Shown: positions 21,405-31,360 of the stretch, piece by piece
How positions within the stretch are numbered: position 1 is the first letter of the stretch
Layout: every line of letters begins with the position of its first letter
DNA from: an uncultured delta proteobacterium
Lineage (GTDB): Bacteria; Desulfobacterota; Binatia; UBA9968
Assembly (NCBI GenBank): GCA_963755715.1
Contig: CAVWLW010000025.1
Coordinates: forward strand, 1-64,000
Length of the DNA stretch: 64,000 bases
Direction of reading: 5' to 3'
Notes under the pieces: model-generated
Databases searched by the model: none
Told to the model about the DNA's origin: nothing
What the model saw: the letters and a program-made list of their open reading frames with translations, nothing else
Program-made: the position numbers and the translations under genes

Positions 21405-22691
21405 TTAGTTCTCATACTCGGCGCGAAAACCGCTGCGACCCATCTGGCTGTAGGAGGCGAAAAAGATCGTCGGATCAAAAAGGAACGGCAGATGGGGATC
21501 GTGGGTTGCTTTCAAATGAAGATCGATCTCCGCGCCGCCGATCACCGTCTCGAGCGGCGGAATATAGATCTTTTCCGAAACATTGCCCCGGCTGATCATG
21601 CCGCCGGCCTCTTTGGGATGATCGACCAGCGGACGCTCATAACCTTTCGGCCCATTGGACTCGTGCAACACGGCGGCAGTTTTTATGCCCTCGTCTTCGC
21701 AAGCCTTCAGCGTTTGCATGAAGTCGACGGTGCCGTTGCCGGTTCCCTCCATTAGGGCAACCGCGCCTTCGGCGCCGAGATTGCGCGCCAGTCGCGCCAC
21801 CCATAACCCCATCTTTTTTTTCTGCTCGAAGCTATCGTTGTAGCCGCGCGACAGGATCACGCCGAGGAAGTTGATGCTTTGACCGTGACGCGCGAGCAAC
21901 TCGGCGATAAACGGGTTGTCGCAGTGCAAAGCGGTCGGAATCTTCCGTTCGCTTTTATAGTTGCCGCTGACAATCGCGCCGTCGAAGAATTCCGCGGGAT
22001 GCACGAAAGTGGGCAAGGTTTTCGACACCTCTTCGCCGTAATAAAAAGTGCGCGCGCAAGTAAGCTGGCTCTGCACTTGATAAATCAGCACCACTTTGGG
22101 CAAAGCCGAATTGACTGGCGGCAAAGAAATGAGCCGTTTTTCCGCCTCGGCGCCGGATCGCTCGGCCGGTGCCAGAAAGCGGGCGCAGCGTAAGGCCATA
22201 ATCCTCAGCGTTTGGTCGAAAGCAACGTTGGAGACCGACGACTCCGGCGTTAGCGAGAGCACGAGATGAAAGCAATCCGAGCCATAAGAATAGGGCGCGC
22301 CGATGCCTGACATGTCGACGATGCCTTCGCGCGGTTTCTCGATCGGTGTCAGCGAGTCGAAGTGAGGGAAGCGGCCGGTCACGGTAACAAGAAGATTTTT
22401 GAAGCGCACGGTTTTGCCCGTGCCGACCAATTCTGCGGCGCCCTCAAAGCCGGGGAAGGTCGAACCGGGTCCGGCTGGTTTGGCGATCGGCATGACCGCG
22501 TCCAAAACGTGAACGATACGTTTTGGCTCGCCGGGACGGGCGATTTGAAAATCGACGTGAACGCCAGGGCTTAAATCTTTCAACAGTTCATGGAAATCGT
22601 TCACGCACAGCGACAGGGTTTTGCCGTCGAAACCGGTGCGCTCATCCCACTGAACTTGTTCGAGCCGATAATCAAAGAGCTGCAGTTCCAT
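21405..22691 (-). CDS. GrdE/GrdI-like reductase component B partner subunit
   Basis: IARPGEPKRIVHVLD, REGIVDMSGIGAPYS, HPAEFFDGAIVSGN, HCDNPFIAEL; co-oriented 12 nt upstream of the selenoprotein gene. Confidence 0.85.
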   Translation of the reverse strand: MELQLFDYRLEQVQWDERTGFDGKTLSLCVNDFHELLKDLSPGVHVDFQIARPGEPKRIVHVLDAVMPIAKPAGPGSTFPGFEGAAELVGTGKTVRFKNLLVTVTGRFPHFDSLTPIEKPREGIVDMSGIGAPYSYGSDCFHLVLSLTPESSVSNVAFDQTLRIMALRCARFLAPAERSGAEAEKRLISLPPVNSALPKVVLIYQVQSQLTCARTFYYGEEVSKTLPTFVHPAEFFDGAIVSGNYKSERKIPTALHCDNPFIAELLARHGQSINFLGVILSRGYNDSFEQKKKMGLWVARLARNLGAEGAVALMEGTGNGTVDFMQTLKACEDEGIKTAAVLHESNGPKGYERPLVDHPKEAGGMISRGNVSEKIYIPPLETVIGGAEIDLHLKATHDPHLPFLFDPTIFFASYSQMGRSGFRAEYEN

Positions 22692-22928
22692 CGGAAAGTT
22701 CTTCAACGAACAGGCTCGGTTTATCGTGCCGCCGTTGCGGGTGTCAAGCAAAGACGTTGGGCGGATTTGTCGGTCAACGGCGCGAGGACTGACCGAATCT
22801 CCATCTAGGCCTGGATCATTTTCTTTCTCAGCGAACCATTGGGTGAAATCTATGGGTCAGTTTGTAATTCTGTGGCCGATGCATTAGAAAGATTTTTCTA
22901 TGCGTGCTTCTCAGTAGGCCGACTCTCG

Positions 22929-23586
22929 ATGTCCAGCTTAAACTCGTCGAATGTTAGAATCCTGCGTTTGACGCTCGTCATTCTAATTTTATTCGGCACT
23001 TCTTGCTCGCCATTTATAACGCGGATCCCGACGGTTGCCGATGAAAAATTGGCGCGTTATGTTAGCCGCCATCGGGCTTGAGATTGTCGCGGTTTCCGAG
23101 GCGCATGACAAACGGGCGGATTATCAATTTAGCCTCGCCCAGTTCGCCCGGCCCGATATTTTAGGATTGAGCACAGGCAACCATCAGATTTACATCAGTT
23201 ACGAATTGGTCCGGCGGGCCTATGACAGCAGCGGTTATCGATGGTTGCTGCGCCATACTTTGGCGCACGAAATTGCCCATGATGTTCTCGGCCGAGATGG
23301 CGGCGGCGAGGATAACGGCGTGGACCACAGCGGTCTCGCCAACCGGATAACCAGTCGGGACCTGGGTCTGTCCGGTCGGATTACCTTTCGTCCTTATTCT
23401 CGCTCGGCGGAGCTGGCCGCTGACCGTAAGGCCATGGAGTATTGGCGCAAGCTCGACTGGAATTGCACTCATTGGGTAGCGCTATTTTCGAATTTCCTGG
23501 CCCAGGGCTATGAAGGCGATGTCGATCATCCGACCAAGGAACGTTTAGAGCAAGCCATGCAAATTTGTTCTGCGCCCTCGACCTAG
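22929..23586 (+). CDS. M48-like Zn metallopeptidase, probable lipoprotein (frameshift at about 23062)
   Basis: Signal peptide with FGTSC lipobox in the first frame; LAHEIAHD, YSRSAELAAD and HPTKERL in the second. Confidence 0.78.
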
Positions 23587-23690
23587 CCTAAACGTCTTTA
23601 GCCATTCGTCGCTCCGTTAAGAAACTTTCCCACTGTAAGTTTTATCTTTTCCAGTTCACCTGTGCCGGCAAAGCCAGAGATCTCCGAGTC

Positions 23691-24764
23691 TTAGGTCTTG
23701 CGCGCTGTTCTTCGCTCCAAAGCCTGGCTGTAGCGCGACATCGGAAAACAAAAAACGAAATAACCGAGCGCCGCGAACAAGTATGCTTCGACGCCAAAGC
23801 CATTCCAAGCCGGCTCGGCGAGCGCCACTTTGATGGTCGTCAAAAAATCAAGCAGCCCGATGATCACGACCAGGGAGGTGTCTTTGAAAAATCCGATGAA
23901 CGTATTGACCAAAGGGGGGATGGCGATGTGCAGAGCTTGCGGCAGGATAATGAACCTCGTGCGCTGCCAGTAGCTATGTCCGAGCGCTTGGGCGGCCTCT
24001 TCTTGCTGGCGCGGTATCGCCTGGAGACCGCCGCGGATGACCTCGGCGAGATAGGCGGCGGCGAAGAGGATCAGCGCCAGTTGCGCGCGCAGCAGCTTGT
24101 CGATCGATACGCCGGCGGGCAAAAAGAGCGGCAGCATCACCGAAGCCATGAAGAGAACTGAAATCAGCGGCACGCCGCGGATCAACTCGATGTAAGCGAC
24201 CGTGAGCCAGCGCACCAGGGGCATTTGCGATCGCCTGCCCAGGGCGAGAAGAATCGAAAGCGGGAACGCGAACACAATGCCGAACGTGCTAAGCAGGAGC
24301 GTCAATGTCAGCCCGCCCCAGCGCTGATTCTCGACATAGGGCAAACCGAACACACCGCCCCACATGAGCACGGCGATTGCCGCGAACCCTGCGAGCCAGA
24401 GAGCGGCGAGGCTCGATCGTCTGACGACACCGACGGCGCTTAGCGCATAAAGCCCCAGGAGAATGGCGATAGCCAATGCCGGTCGCCAGTGCTGGTCGAC
24501 GGGAAAGGTACCGAAGAGAATGAATCGGTACTTATCTAATACGAAAGCCCAACAAGCGCCGTGACCGATTGCCACGCGGCAGAGGTTTGGATTCTCCGGC
24601 GCCCAAACTGCATTGAAAAACGCCCAATCGATAAACGGCGGGACGATTTTCCATGCGATTAGAAGAATGGCAAACGTTACAAGAACACTGGACCAAGTGG
24701 AAAAAAACCGAACACGTAGAATAGCCGCCGCGTGCTTTATTGCCGAATTGACTGCGCCGGTCAT
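23691..24764 (-). CDS. General L-amino acid ABC permease (AapM/BztC-like)
   Basis: GACWAF, WGGLTLT, RGVPLISVLF, FKDTSLV; ATGA overlap with the upstream permease. Confidence 0.9.
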   Translation of the reverse strand: MTGAVNSAIKHAAAILRVRFFSTWSSVLVTFAILLIAWKIVPPFIDWAFFNAVWAPENPNLCRVAIGHGACWAFVLDKYRFILFGTFPVDQHWRPALAIAILLGLYALSAVGVVRRSSLAALWLAGFAAIAVLMWGGVFGLPYVENQRWGGLTLTLLLSTFGIVFAFPLSILLALGRRSQMPLVRWLTVAYIELIRGVPLISVLFMASVMLPLFLPAGVSIDKLLRAQLALILFAAAYLAEVIRGGLQAIPRQQEEAAQALGHSYWQRTRFIILPQALHIAIPPLVNTFIGFFKDTSLVVIIGLLDFLTTIKVALAEPAWNGFGVEAYLFAALGYFVFCFPMSRYSQALERRTARKT

Positions 24765-25747
24765 AACTCGGCTCCCTTGAGCGCGAAGCGCCGATTGTAC
24801 CAGTTCATGAAACCGGCGATGGCCAAGCTGATCGTCAGATACACGAGCATAATAATGGCGATGCCTTCGATGGCCTGGCCGGTTTGGTTGATGATCGTAT
24901 TGGCGATCGACACCAAATCGGGATAACCGATTGCCACAGCGAGGGAGCTGTTTTTGATCGTGTTTAAATATTGGCTGGTCAGCGGCGGGACGATGACGCG
25001 CAGCGCTTGGGGCAGAATGATAAAGCGCCGGACTTGCCATTGGCTGTGTCCGAGTGAAGACGCGGCCTCGAACTGGCCGCGCGCCACCGCGAGGATTCCT
25101 GCGCGGACGATTTCCGCGATGAATGCCGCCGTGTAAAGCGTTAGGCCGAAGAAGAGCGCGACAAACTCGGGCGACAGCAATGCTCCGCCGGAAAAATTAA
25201 AACCATCGAGAACTGGGTAATCCAACGCCAAGGGCGTTGCGGCAACGAGGGAGGGGAAAGCGAAACCGCGGTTGCTCAAGAAAACACCGGGCAGAGGGTT
25301 CAGCGCCTCGGCCGGCGCGGGAAGTCTTTCGGTGATCACGGCGTACCAAAAAAACAGTTGGACCACCAACGGCAAATTGCGAATGACCTCGACGTAACCT
25401 GCGGCCAGCTTGGCAAGCAGCCAGTTGGGCGACAATCGCGCCAAACCGATTAGTGTGCCGAGCAAGGTCGAAAAAACAATCGCCAAAGCGGCGACCCGAA
25501 AGGTATTGAGAAAGCCGACCGCGATCGCTCTCAGGTACGTGTCCGCGGCATTGTAGGAAAGAAAGGTGCTCTCGCCGATTTCGAAACCGGATTCACGGGC
25601 GAGAAAAGCAAAACCGCTGGCGATGCGTCGCTGCCCAAGATTTTCCACGGCATTGGCAATCAAGTACCAAGCAGCGAGGACGAGGGCGGCGGCCAGCAAA
25701 GCTTGATAAACGATCGAGCGAAGGCGAATCGACTTCAACGAGCCCAT
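24761..25747 (-). CDS. General L-amino acid ABC permease (AapQ/BztB-like)
   Basis: SGFAFL, ARLSPNWL, AFIAEIVRAGI, KNSSLAVAIGYPDL. Confidence 0.9.
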   Translation of the reverse strand: MGSLKSIRLRSIVYQALLAAALVLAAWYLIANAVENLGQRRIASGFAFLARESGFEIGESTFLSYNAADTYLRAIAVGFLNTFRVAALAIVFSTLLGTLIGLARLSPNWLLAKLAAGYVEVIRNLPLVVQLFFWYAVITERLPAPAEALNPLPGVFLSNRGFAFPSLVAATPLALDYPVLDGFNFSGGALLSPEFVALFFGLTLYTAAFIAEIVRAGILAVARGQFEAASSLGHSQWQVRRFIILPQALRVIVPPLTSQYLNTIKNSSLAVAIGYPDLVSIANTIINQTGQAIEGIAIIMLVYLTISLAIAGFMNWYNRRFALKGAEL

Positions 25748-25825
25748 GACTTTGCTTTCACCGACGTCGGCTGCATGACGAAATTGGCTTACGAATACTG
25801 AAAGGCTTTGCGGCAGTCGCCGCGT

Positions 25826-26843
25826 TTAACGGATCGGCGGCGCGTACAGGAGTCCGCCGCGATTCCAAAGCTTGTTCATGCCGCGGTCCAGGCCCAGAGG
25901 GGTCAGGTGACGATCGAAGCTCTCGCCATAGTTGCCCACCTGCTTGATGATGTTGTAAGCCCAACGATTGTCGAGGCCGAGGCTTTTGCCGAGCTCGCCT
26001 TTGGCGCCGATGAAGCGCTGGATGACGGGATTGGTGCTGTTCGCTTGCTGATCGATGTTTTTTGACGTGAGCCCAAGCTCCTCCGCTTCAATCGTTGCAA
26101 ATAAGGACCACTTCACCACGTCGAACCAATGATCGTCGCCATGCCGCACCGCAGGGCCGAATGGCTCTTTGGAAATGACTTCCGGAAGGATCACGTGATC
26201 GGCGGGATTGGCTGCGCGCGAAGCCCGCGCCACGATGAGCCCGGAAACATCCGTCGTGTAGACGTCGCAGCGCCCGGCAAAATAGGCATTGAGCACTTCT
26301 TCGATTTTTTCCACCACCACCGGCTTGAGCTTCAGGTTATTAGCGCGGAAATAATCGGCCAGATTGAGTTCCGTGGTCGTGCCGGGCTGCACGCATACGG
26401 TCGCGCCGCTCAGTTGTTTCGCGCTCTTCACCTGACGCTTTTTCGCGACCATGAAACCCTGGCCGTCGTAAAAATTGATGCCGACGAAGTTGAGCCCGAG
26501 ACCGGTGTCGCGCGACATCGTCCAGGTGGTATTGCGTGAAAGGATGTCGACTTCTCCGGACTGCAAAGCGGTGAATCGTTGTTGTGCCGTCAACGGCGTA
26601 TAGCGAGCCTTTCGTGCGTCGCCGAACAGCGCGGCCGCGACCGCGCGGCAAAAATCCACGTCGATGCCGCGCCATTCGCCGTGGCTATCCGGCTGGGAGA
26701 AGCCGGCAATGCCGGTGTTCACGCCGCATTGGATGAAGCCTCGTTTAAGGGCCGCATCCGATATCGCTCCGCCGTCGACGTTGGCGACTCGTAGGAGCAC
26801 CAGCGCAAAAACTGCCGCGGTACAGAGTTGTTTTTATCATCAT
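25826..26843 (-). CDS. General L-amino acid-binding periplasmic protein (AapJ/BztA-like); signal peptide split by an extra A at about 26833
   Basis: CGVNTG, GIDVDFCRA, RFTALQSGEVD, YDGQGFMV, VGNYGE, LYAPPIR. Confidence 0.92.
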
Positions 26844-26994
26844 AGACGTTTTACCTACGCTTTGTGTGGCATGCATGTCCGATTATTCCAACGAGTATAT
26901 GCAGGTATGAATGCGGCGGCAAACCGCAGGGGCATCATGTGGCTGCGCGGCGCTTCCGTAAGGGTCCCAGTGAGATGATTGAGAAATAGAATAT

Positions 26995-27864
26995 TTATTT
27001 CGCCAGCAACCGGCGCAGCGCGCCGAGTTCTTTGCGCTGCTTTTCACTGACCGTCGGATATTTCATTTTCAAGCCGCGCAGCGTGTCGAGAATGATCCGC
27101 GAAATGATCAGCCGGGCATTCCCCTTGTCATCGGCCGGGACCACGTACCAGGGCGAATCGCGCATGCTGGTGGCGTTCAGGCAAGCTTCATAGGCGTCCA
27201 TGTAATCGTCCCAATATTTCCTTTCTTCGACGTCCGCGCGGCTAAACTTCCAGTTCTTATCCGGCTCTTCGAGACGGGCGAGAAAGCGTTTGCGCTGCTC
27301 GTCTTTGGAAAGGTGGAGAAAAAACTTGACGATGCGCGTGCCGTTGCGGTGCAGATGCGCCTCGAAGTGACGGATCGATCGGTAGCGATCGCGCCAGATC
27401 GTTTTGTCGTCGAGCGCTTCGTCCGGAAGACCTTCGGCGCGTAGGAGTTCATGATGAACCCGAACGATAAGAACTTCCTCATAGTGAGAGCGGTTGAAAA
27501 TACCGATACGGCCGCGCTCGGGCAGGGCGCGCGCGGTGCGCCACAAAAAATCATGGTCCAACTCCTCCAGGCTCGGATGCTTGAAACTGAAGACCTGGCA
27601 ACCTTGCGGATTGACACCGGACATGACGTGTTTGATCGCGCTGTCCTTGCCGGCGGCATCCATCGCTTGAAAGATCAGCAGCACGGCGTAACGGTTGGAA
27701 GCGTAGAGCAGATTTTGCAGTTCGCTCATTTCTTTAACGTGGGCGCGCAGCATTTTTTTTAGTTGCTTCTTCGATGAGTAATAAGGTTTTACCTCGGTGG
27801 GCCATTTTTTGAGGTTGAGTTTATCCCCTTCGCGAACGCGAAAATCCTTGGAGTCGATTTTCAT
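26995..27864 (-). CDS. ppk2: Polyphosphate kinase 2 family protein (class III-like)
   Basis: [42 protein letters not shown]. Confidence 0.93.
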   Translation of the reverse strand: MKIDSKDFRVREGDKLNLKKWPTEVKPYYSSKKQLKKMLRAHVKEMSELQNLLYASNRYAVLLIFQAMDAAGKDSAIKHVMSGVNPQGCQVFSFKHPSLEELDHDFLWRTARALPERGRIGIFNRSHYEEVLIVRVHHELLRAEGLPDEALDDKTIWRDRYRSIRHFEAHLHRNGTRIVKFFLHLSKDEQRKRFLARLEEPDKNWKFSRADVEERKYWDDYMDAYEACLNATSMRDSPWYVVPADDKGNARLIISRIILDTLRGLKMKYPTVSEKQRKELGALRRLLAK

Positions 27865-28070
27865 AAATGACCTTTCGTCTTCGAGTTGCCGCGCTGGCTG
27901 CAATAGGTTATCTCGTTTTCGCCGCTAAACAAAAGCAGCCGTCGCTGGATGTCACCGGGGGTGGAGTTTCTTCAGACATCGCGAGTAACGGCGGTCGCCG
28001 CGCTTCGGTATTGGTGGAGCGGATTTGACTTGGCGGCGTCTTTGAACCAATAATGCGACAAAAAATTAAG

Positions 28071-28124
28071 GGCGATGGGGTTCGCCAGTTAAACCATTCG
28101 CAGTCGCGAGTTGATGACCCCTAC
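28071..28124 (+). ncRNA. Fluoride riboswitch (crcB motif)
   Basis: GGCGATGGGGTTCGCC...AAACC...GTTGATGACCCCTAC consensus directly upstream of crcB. Confidence 0.93.
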
Positions 28125-28155
28125 TTCGATCGATTTGAAGTAGGGGTTTTTATTT
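28117..28155 (+). terminator. Riboswitch-controlled intrinsic terminator
   Basis: ACCCCTACTTC-loop-GAAGTAGGGGT followed by TTTTATTT, overlapping the aptamer 3' end. Confidence 0.9.
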
Positions 28156-28175
28156 GATGGTGGGATGAGACAACC

Positions 28176-28560
28176 ATGATCCGAATCGTCTTGGTGGGCG
28201 TGGGTAGTTTGGTCGGCGGGGTGCTGCGCTATGGACTGAGTACCTGGGTGCATCGAGTTCTCGACAATCCGTGGTTTCCCTACGGTACCTTGGCGGTCAA
28301 CGTGCTTGGGCTGCCTGGTTATCGGTTTTTTGGCGGGACTGGCGGAGACGCGGACGGCCTTTACCTCTGAGGCGCGGCTTTTTCTCTTTGTCGGGATCCT
28401 CGGTGGATTCACGACGTTTTCGTCTTTCGCTTTGGAAACTTTTTCGTTGGCGCGGGACACGCAGAATGTTGCCGCGCTGATGAATATCGGTCTGCAATTG
28501 ATTCTTGGTTTGCTGGCGGTGTGGATCGGTAACGTATTAGCCCATGCTATGGGAGGTTAA
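28176..28560 (+). CDS. crcB: Fluoride efflux channel Fluc/CrcB (extra G at about 28309)
   Basis: GGVLRY, FPYGTLAVNVLG(C), GILGGFTTFSSF. Confidence 0.93.
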
Positions 28561-28562
28561 TT

Positions 28563-28904
28563 ATGACGACGCTTCCTGGCGAAGGCTCCTTGTTGCGTAT
28601 TTTTATCGGCGAGAGCGATCGGCATGCCGGTATGCTGCTCTATGAGTGGATCGTGCGCACGGCGCGGGAACATGGCTTGGCGGGGGCCACAGTGCTGCGC
28701 GGCGTCGAGGGATTTGGCGCGCGCAGTCGGGTGCGCACGGCGAAAATCTTGGAGCTCTCGACCGATTTGCCGATCATTGTCGAGATCGTCGATAGGGCGG
28801 AAAAGATCGAAGCCTTTCTGCCGGTCATCGACGGCGCGATTGCCGACGGGCTGGCGACGGTGGAGAGGGTGCAGATCAAGTTTTATCGAAGCGGGCCGGC
28901 GTGA
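28563..28904 (+). CDS. DUF190 PII-like protein
   Basis: LLRIFIGESD, GLAGATVLRGVEGFG, LSTDLPIIVEIVD; usual crcB neighbour. Confidence 0.9.
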   Translation: MTTLPGEGSLLRIFIGESDRHAGMLLYEWIVRTAREHGLAGATVLRGVEGFGARSRVRTAKILELSTDLPIIVEIVDRAEKIEAFLPVIDGAIADGLATVERVQIKFYRSGPA

Positions 28905-28998
28905 CGAACCGCCGTATCGGAGTCCGAATATCAAGTTGTCCCGCGCAGTGGTTGTTTCCAATCGGGTGTGATATTTACCGCCATTAAGGAGAATTACG

Positions 28999-29286
28999 AT
29001 GGACGAGGGGACGAAGCGACTGTTCGTGGGCATAAAAATCACCAAGACGTTGCAGGACGATTTGGCGAGCCCGGCGCCGGGAACGAAGCAGTACTTCGAA
29101 GGCACCAACGACGATTATCTACAGATCATAAATCTGGGCGAAGATAAGTTCATTGGCAGATATCTGAAGGATGGCTTTCCTGTGGCGAATATCGGCGACG
29201 TGAGCCGAAACGTATGTAGTTTGCTCAAATTGATCACGCGCGGCCGCCGCATCGAAGAAAACGAAGTTCATATCTACTCCTGCTAG
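28999..29286 (+). CDS. Hypothetical protein
   Basis: AAGGAG RBS, 95 aa; no family recognised. Confidence 0.7.
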   Translation: MDEGTKRLFVGIKITKTLQDDLASPAPGTKQYFEGTNDDYLQIINLGEDKFIGRYLKDGFPVANIGDVSRNVCSLLKLITRGRRIEENEVHIYSC

Positions 29287-29323
29287 ACCGACGATAGTGC
29301 AGTCGTGCCGGCGCGCCGCGTTA

Positions 29324-30310
29324 TTATTGCAACCCCGCTGCCTTTAAATACCGCAGGTCGATAAAACGCTCCGCCGGTGGGAGGGGCGGCTTCAGCTCGC
29401 CGGCCTCTCCCATGACCCGAATCACTTCGTTGAATCCTTTGATGTCGATCTCGCCCTGTTTCGGCACCACGCCCCGGTCAGGATCGAAGTAAAGCGAAAG
29501 GGTTTGGCGCGCGATGTCCTCGGATGAGCCGGTCGTGTCGACGATGATGCGCACGACTTCGTCACGATTGGCCGGCTCGCGCATGTAGCGAAACGATGCG
29601 CCGAGGGCACGAGCATAGCGCACCAAAGCGTCGCTGTTTTGCGTGGCCCACGAACGCCTTGCCGCGCTCACGATGAATTGAAAATTGGCCATGGCATCGG
29701 TGGACACGCCGAGGCGACGGAACCCGTCTTTCAATAACACAAAATCTTCCGGCTGACCGAGTGGGACGGCGTCGCATTCGTTCTTCCTCAGGCAATCGGC
29801 GCGCGCCGGCGTGCCGACCAGCTCTTTGACTTTGAAGTCGCCTTCTTGCACGCCGTTTAACGCCAGCAGCTTGCGGGTAGAGATCGAAATGGTATCGATC
29901 GCGAGCGAAAGTCCGACGACCTTTCCCTTCAAGTCGGCAAAAGTTTTGATTTCAGGTTTTGCGATCAAACTGTAGATCGGCGTGGCTGTTTCGCCGAGGA
30001 TGGCGACGTTATCCGAACCCTTGAGCACGTCCTGAACCAAGTAAGGCGTGGCGGTACGGGTGATGTCGACGACGCCTTTGCTGAGCGCGATCACCATATT
30101 CGCGGCGCCGCCCTCGATCGGCAGCATTTCGAGGGTGATTCCTTCGCGCGAGAAAAAACCTTTGCGCTGCGCGATGTAGAAATGCAGGGCCGACACGGTT
30201 TTGATCGTCGAAGGAATCTGCCCGTAGCGCAGTGTGATGTTTTGCGCGGACACCACTGGTACGGGCGCAAACAAGAGAAGAGCGGCGAGAGCAAGCGCGG
30301 ATTTTTTCAT
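29324..30310 (-). CDS. ABC transporter substrate-binding protein (NMT1/SsuA-like)
   Basis: Signal peptide, KGFFSREGI, EIKTFADLKGKVVG. Confidence 0.88.
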   Translation of the reverse strand: MKKSALALAALLLFAPVPVVSAQNITLRYGQIPSTIKTVSALHFYIAQRKGFFSREGITLEMLPIEGGAANMVIALSKGVVDITRTATPYLVQDVLKGSDNVAILGETATPIYSLIAKPEIKTFADLKGKVVGLSLAIDTISISTRKLLALNGVQEGDFKVKELVGTPARADCLRKNECDAVPLGQPEDFVLLKDGFRRLGVSTDAMANFQFIVSAARRSWATQNSDALVRYARALGASFRYMREPANRDEVVRIIVDTTGSSEDIARQTLSLYFDPDRGVVPKQGEIDIKGFNEVIRVMGEAGELKPPLPPAERFIDLRYLKAAGLQ

Positions 30311-30450
30311 GAGCGAATCTCCAACCTCGATTAACGCCTCGTTAGTTTGCAGGCTTATAGCCTAGCCGTCCTCATTTGTCTATGAAGTTGTCCGCCGATT
30401 TTTGCGGTTTGAGCGCTGCATCGGCGGTACGCATCTGCTATAAGTATGCG

Positions 30451-31176
30451 ATGCAAATACTCCAGGTGACGCTCTGGATCTATGCCACGGCGCTCATGCG
30501 CGCCTTCGATTGTGTGCGTAAAAACCTGGTCGTAAGCTTGGCGCCCTTGGCTTATAGCCTGGTGTTGTCGGCAGCGGCCATGATCGCGCTGCCATTGGGA
30601 ATTCTCGGCGGGTTTCTGCTCGGTCTTGTGAGCCAGGCGTGCATCAGCTCGGGGCTTTATCTGGTCAAAAATATGATCGATAGCGGTAAGACGGATTTCA
30701 ACGACTTCGCGCGTGGCTTTACGGTTTACCTATGGGACCTGATCACGATTTCTTTCATCCTGTGGATCCCGATGAGGCTCGCCGGCATGGCGTTGGCGAC
30801 GGTTCCCAACGGCCTACTCATTTATTTCTGCATTCAAATCGCGCTCTATATCTTGCTCAATCCGGTGCCAGAATTAATTTATCAATCCCGCACCTCGGGC
30901 CTCGAGTTGCTAGGCGCAAGCTACAATTTCATCGTCGAGAATTGGATCGAGTGGCTCATACCCAATATCCTCCTCGCCATCGGTGGTTACGCGTTGTTGC
31001 GGCTGTTTGAATCGTTGCTTTTCGGTTTGCCGGCATTTATCCAACTGTTTCTCTACTCATTCGGTCTCGGGCTCTTTCTCACTTATATGATGACCTTCCG
31101 CGGGTTCCTATTTGCCGAACTGCATGGGACGACGCGGCGCAGCCGAATCTATCGCTACAAGGCGCGCAGCAATTAA
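30451..31176 (+). CDS. Hypothetical multi-pass membrane protein
   Basis: Several hydrophobic segments; LNPVPELIYQ, FIVENWIEW, FRGFLF. Confidence 0.75.
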   Translation: MQILQVTLWIYATALMRAFDCVRKNLVVSLAPLAYSLVLSAAAMIALPLGILGGFLLGLVSQACISSGLYLVKNMIDSGKTDFNDFARGFTVYLWDLITISFILWIPMRLAGMALATVPNGLLIYFCIQIALYILLNPVPELIYQSRTSGLELLGASYNFIVENWIEWLIPNILLAIGGYALLRLFESLLFGLPAFIQLFLYSFGLGLFLTYMMTFRGFLFAELHGTTRRSRIYRYKARSN

Positions 31177-31360
31177 CGTTGTCAATTGTGCGTTATCATA
31201 AGACCCTTCGCTTCGCGGTCAGGATGATTCGCATATTATGGCGAAAGGGAACCCGGTTGTGATAGCCGTCCGGGATCTCCGCTAGATTGAAGCTGAAAGC
31301 GAGTCAACTTGACCTGTGGGATTTCTTATGGTGTCTTGTTAAACTCACCCGACAACGCAG

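Noticed and set aside
24765-25040. N-terminal extension of the 449-aa permease ORF
   Set aside because: It overlaps the upstream permease; the ATGA-coupled start at 24764 fits better
31200-31310. T-box or REP-like element upstream of hisS
   Set aside because: Only a degenerate CCCTTCGCTTCGC fragment and a weak hairpin; no T-box consensus
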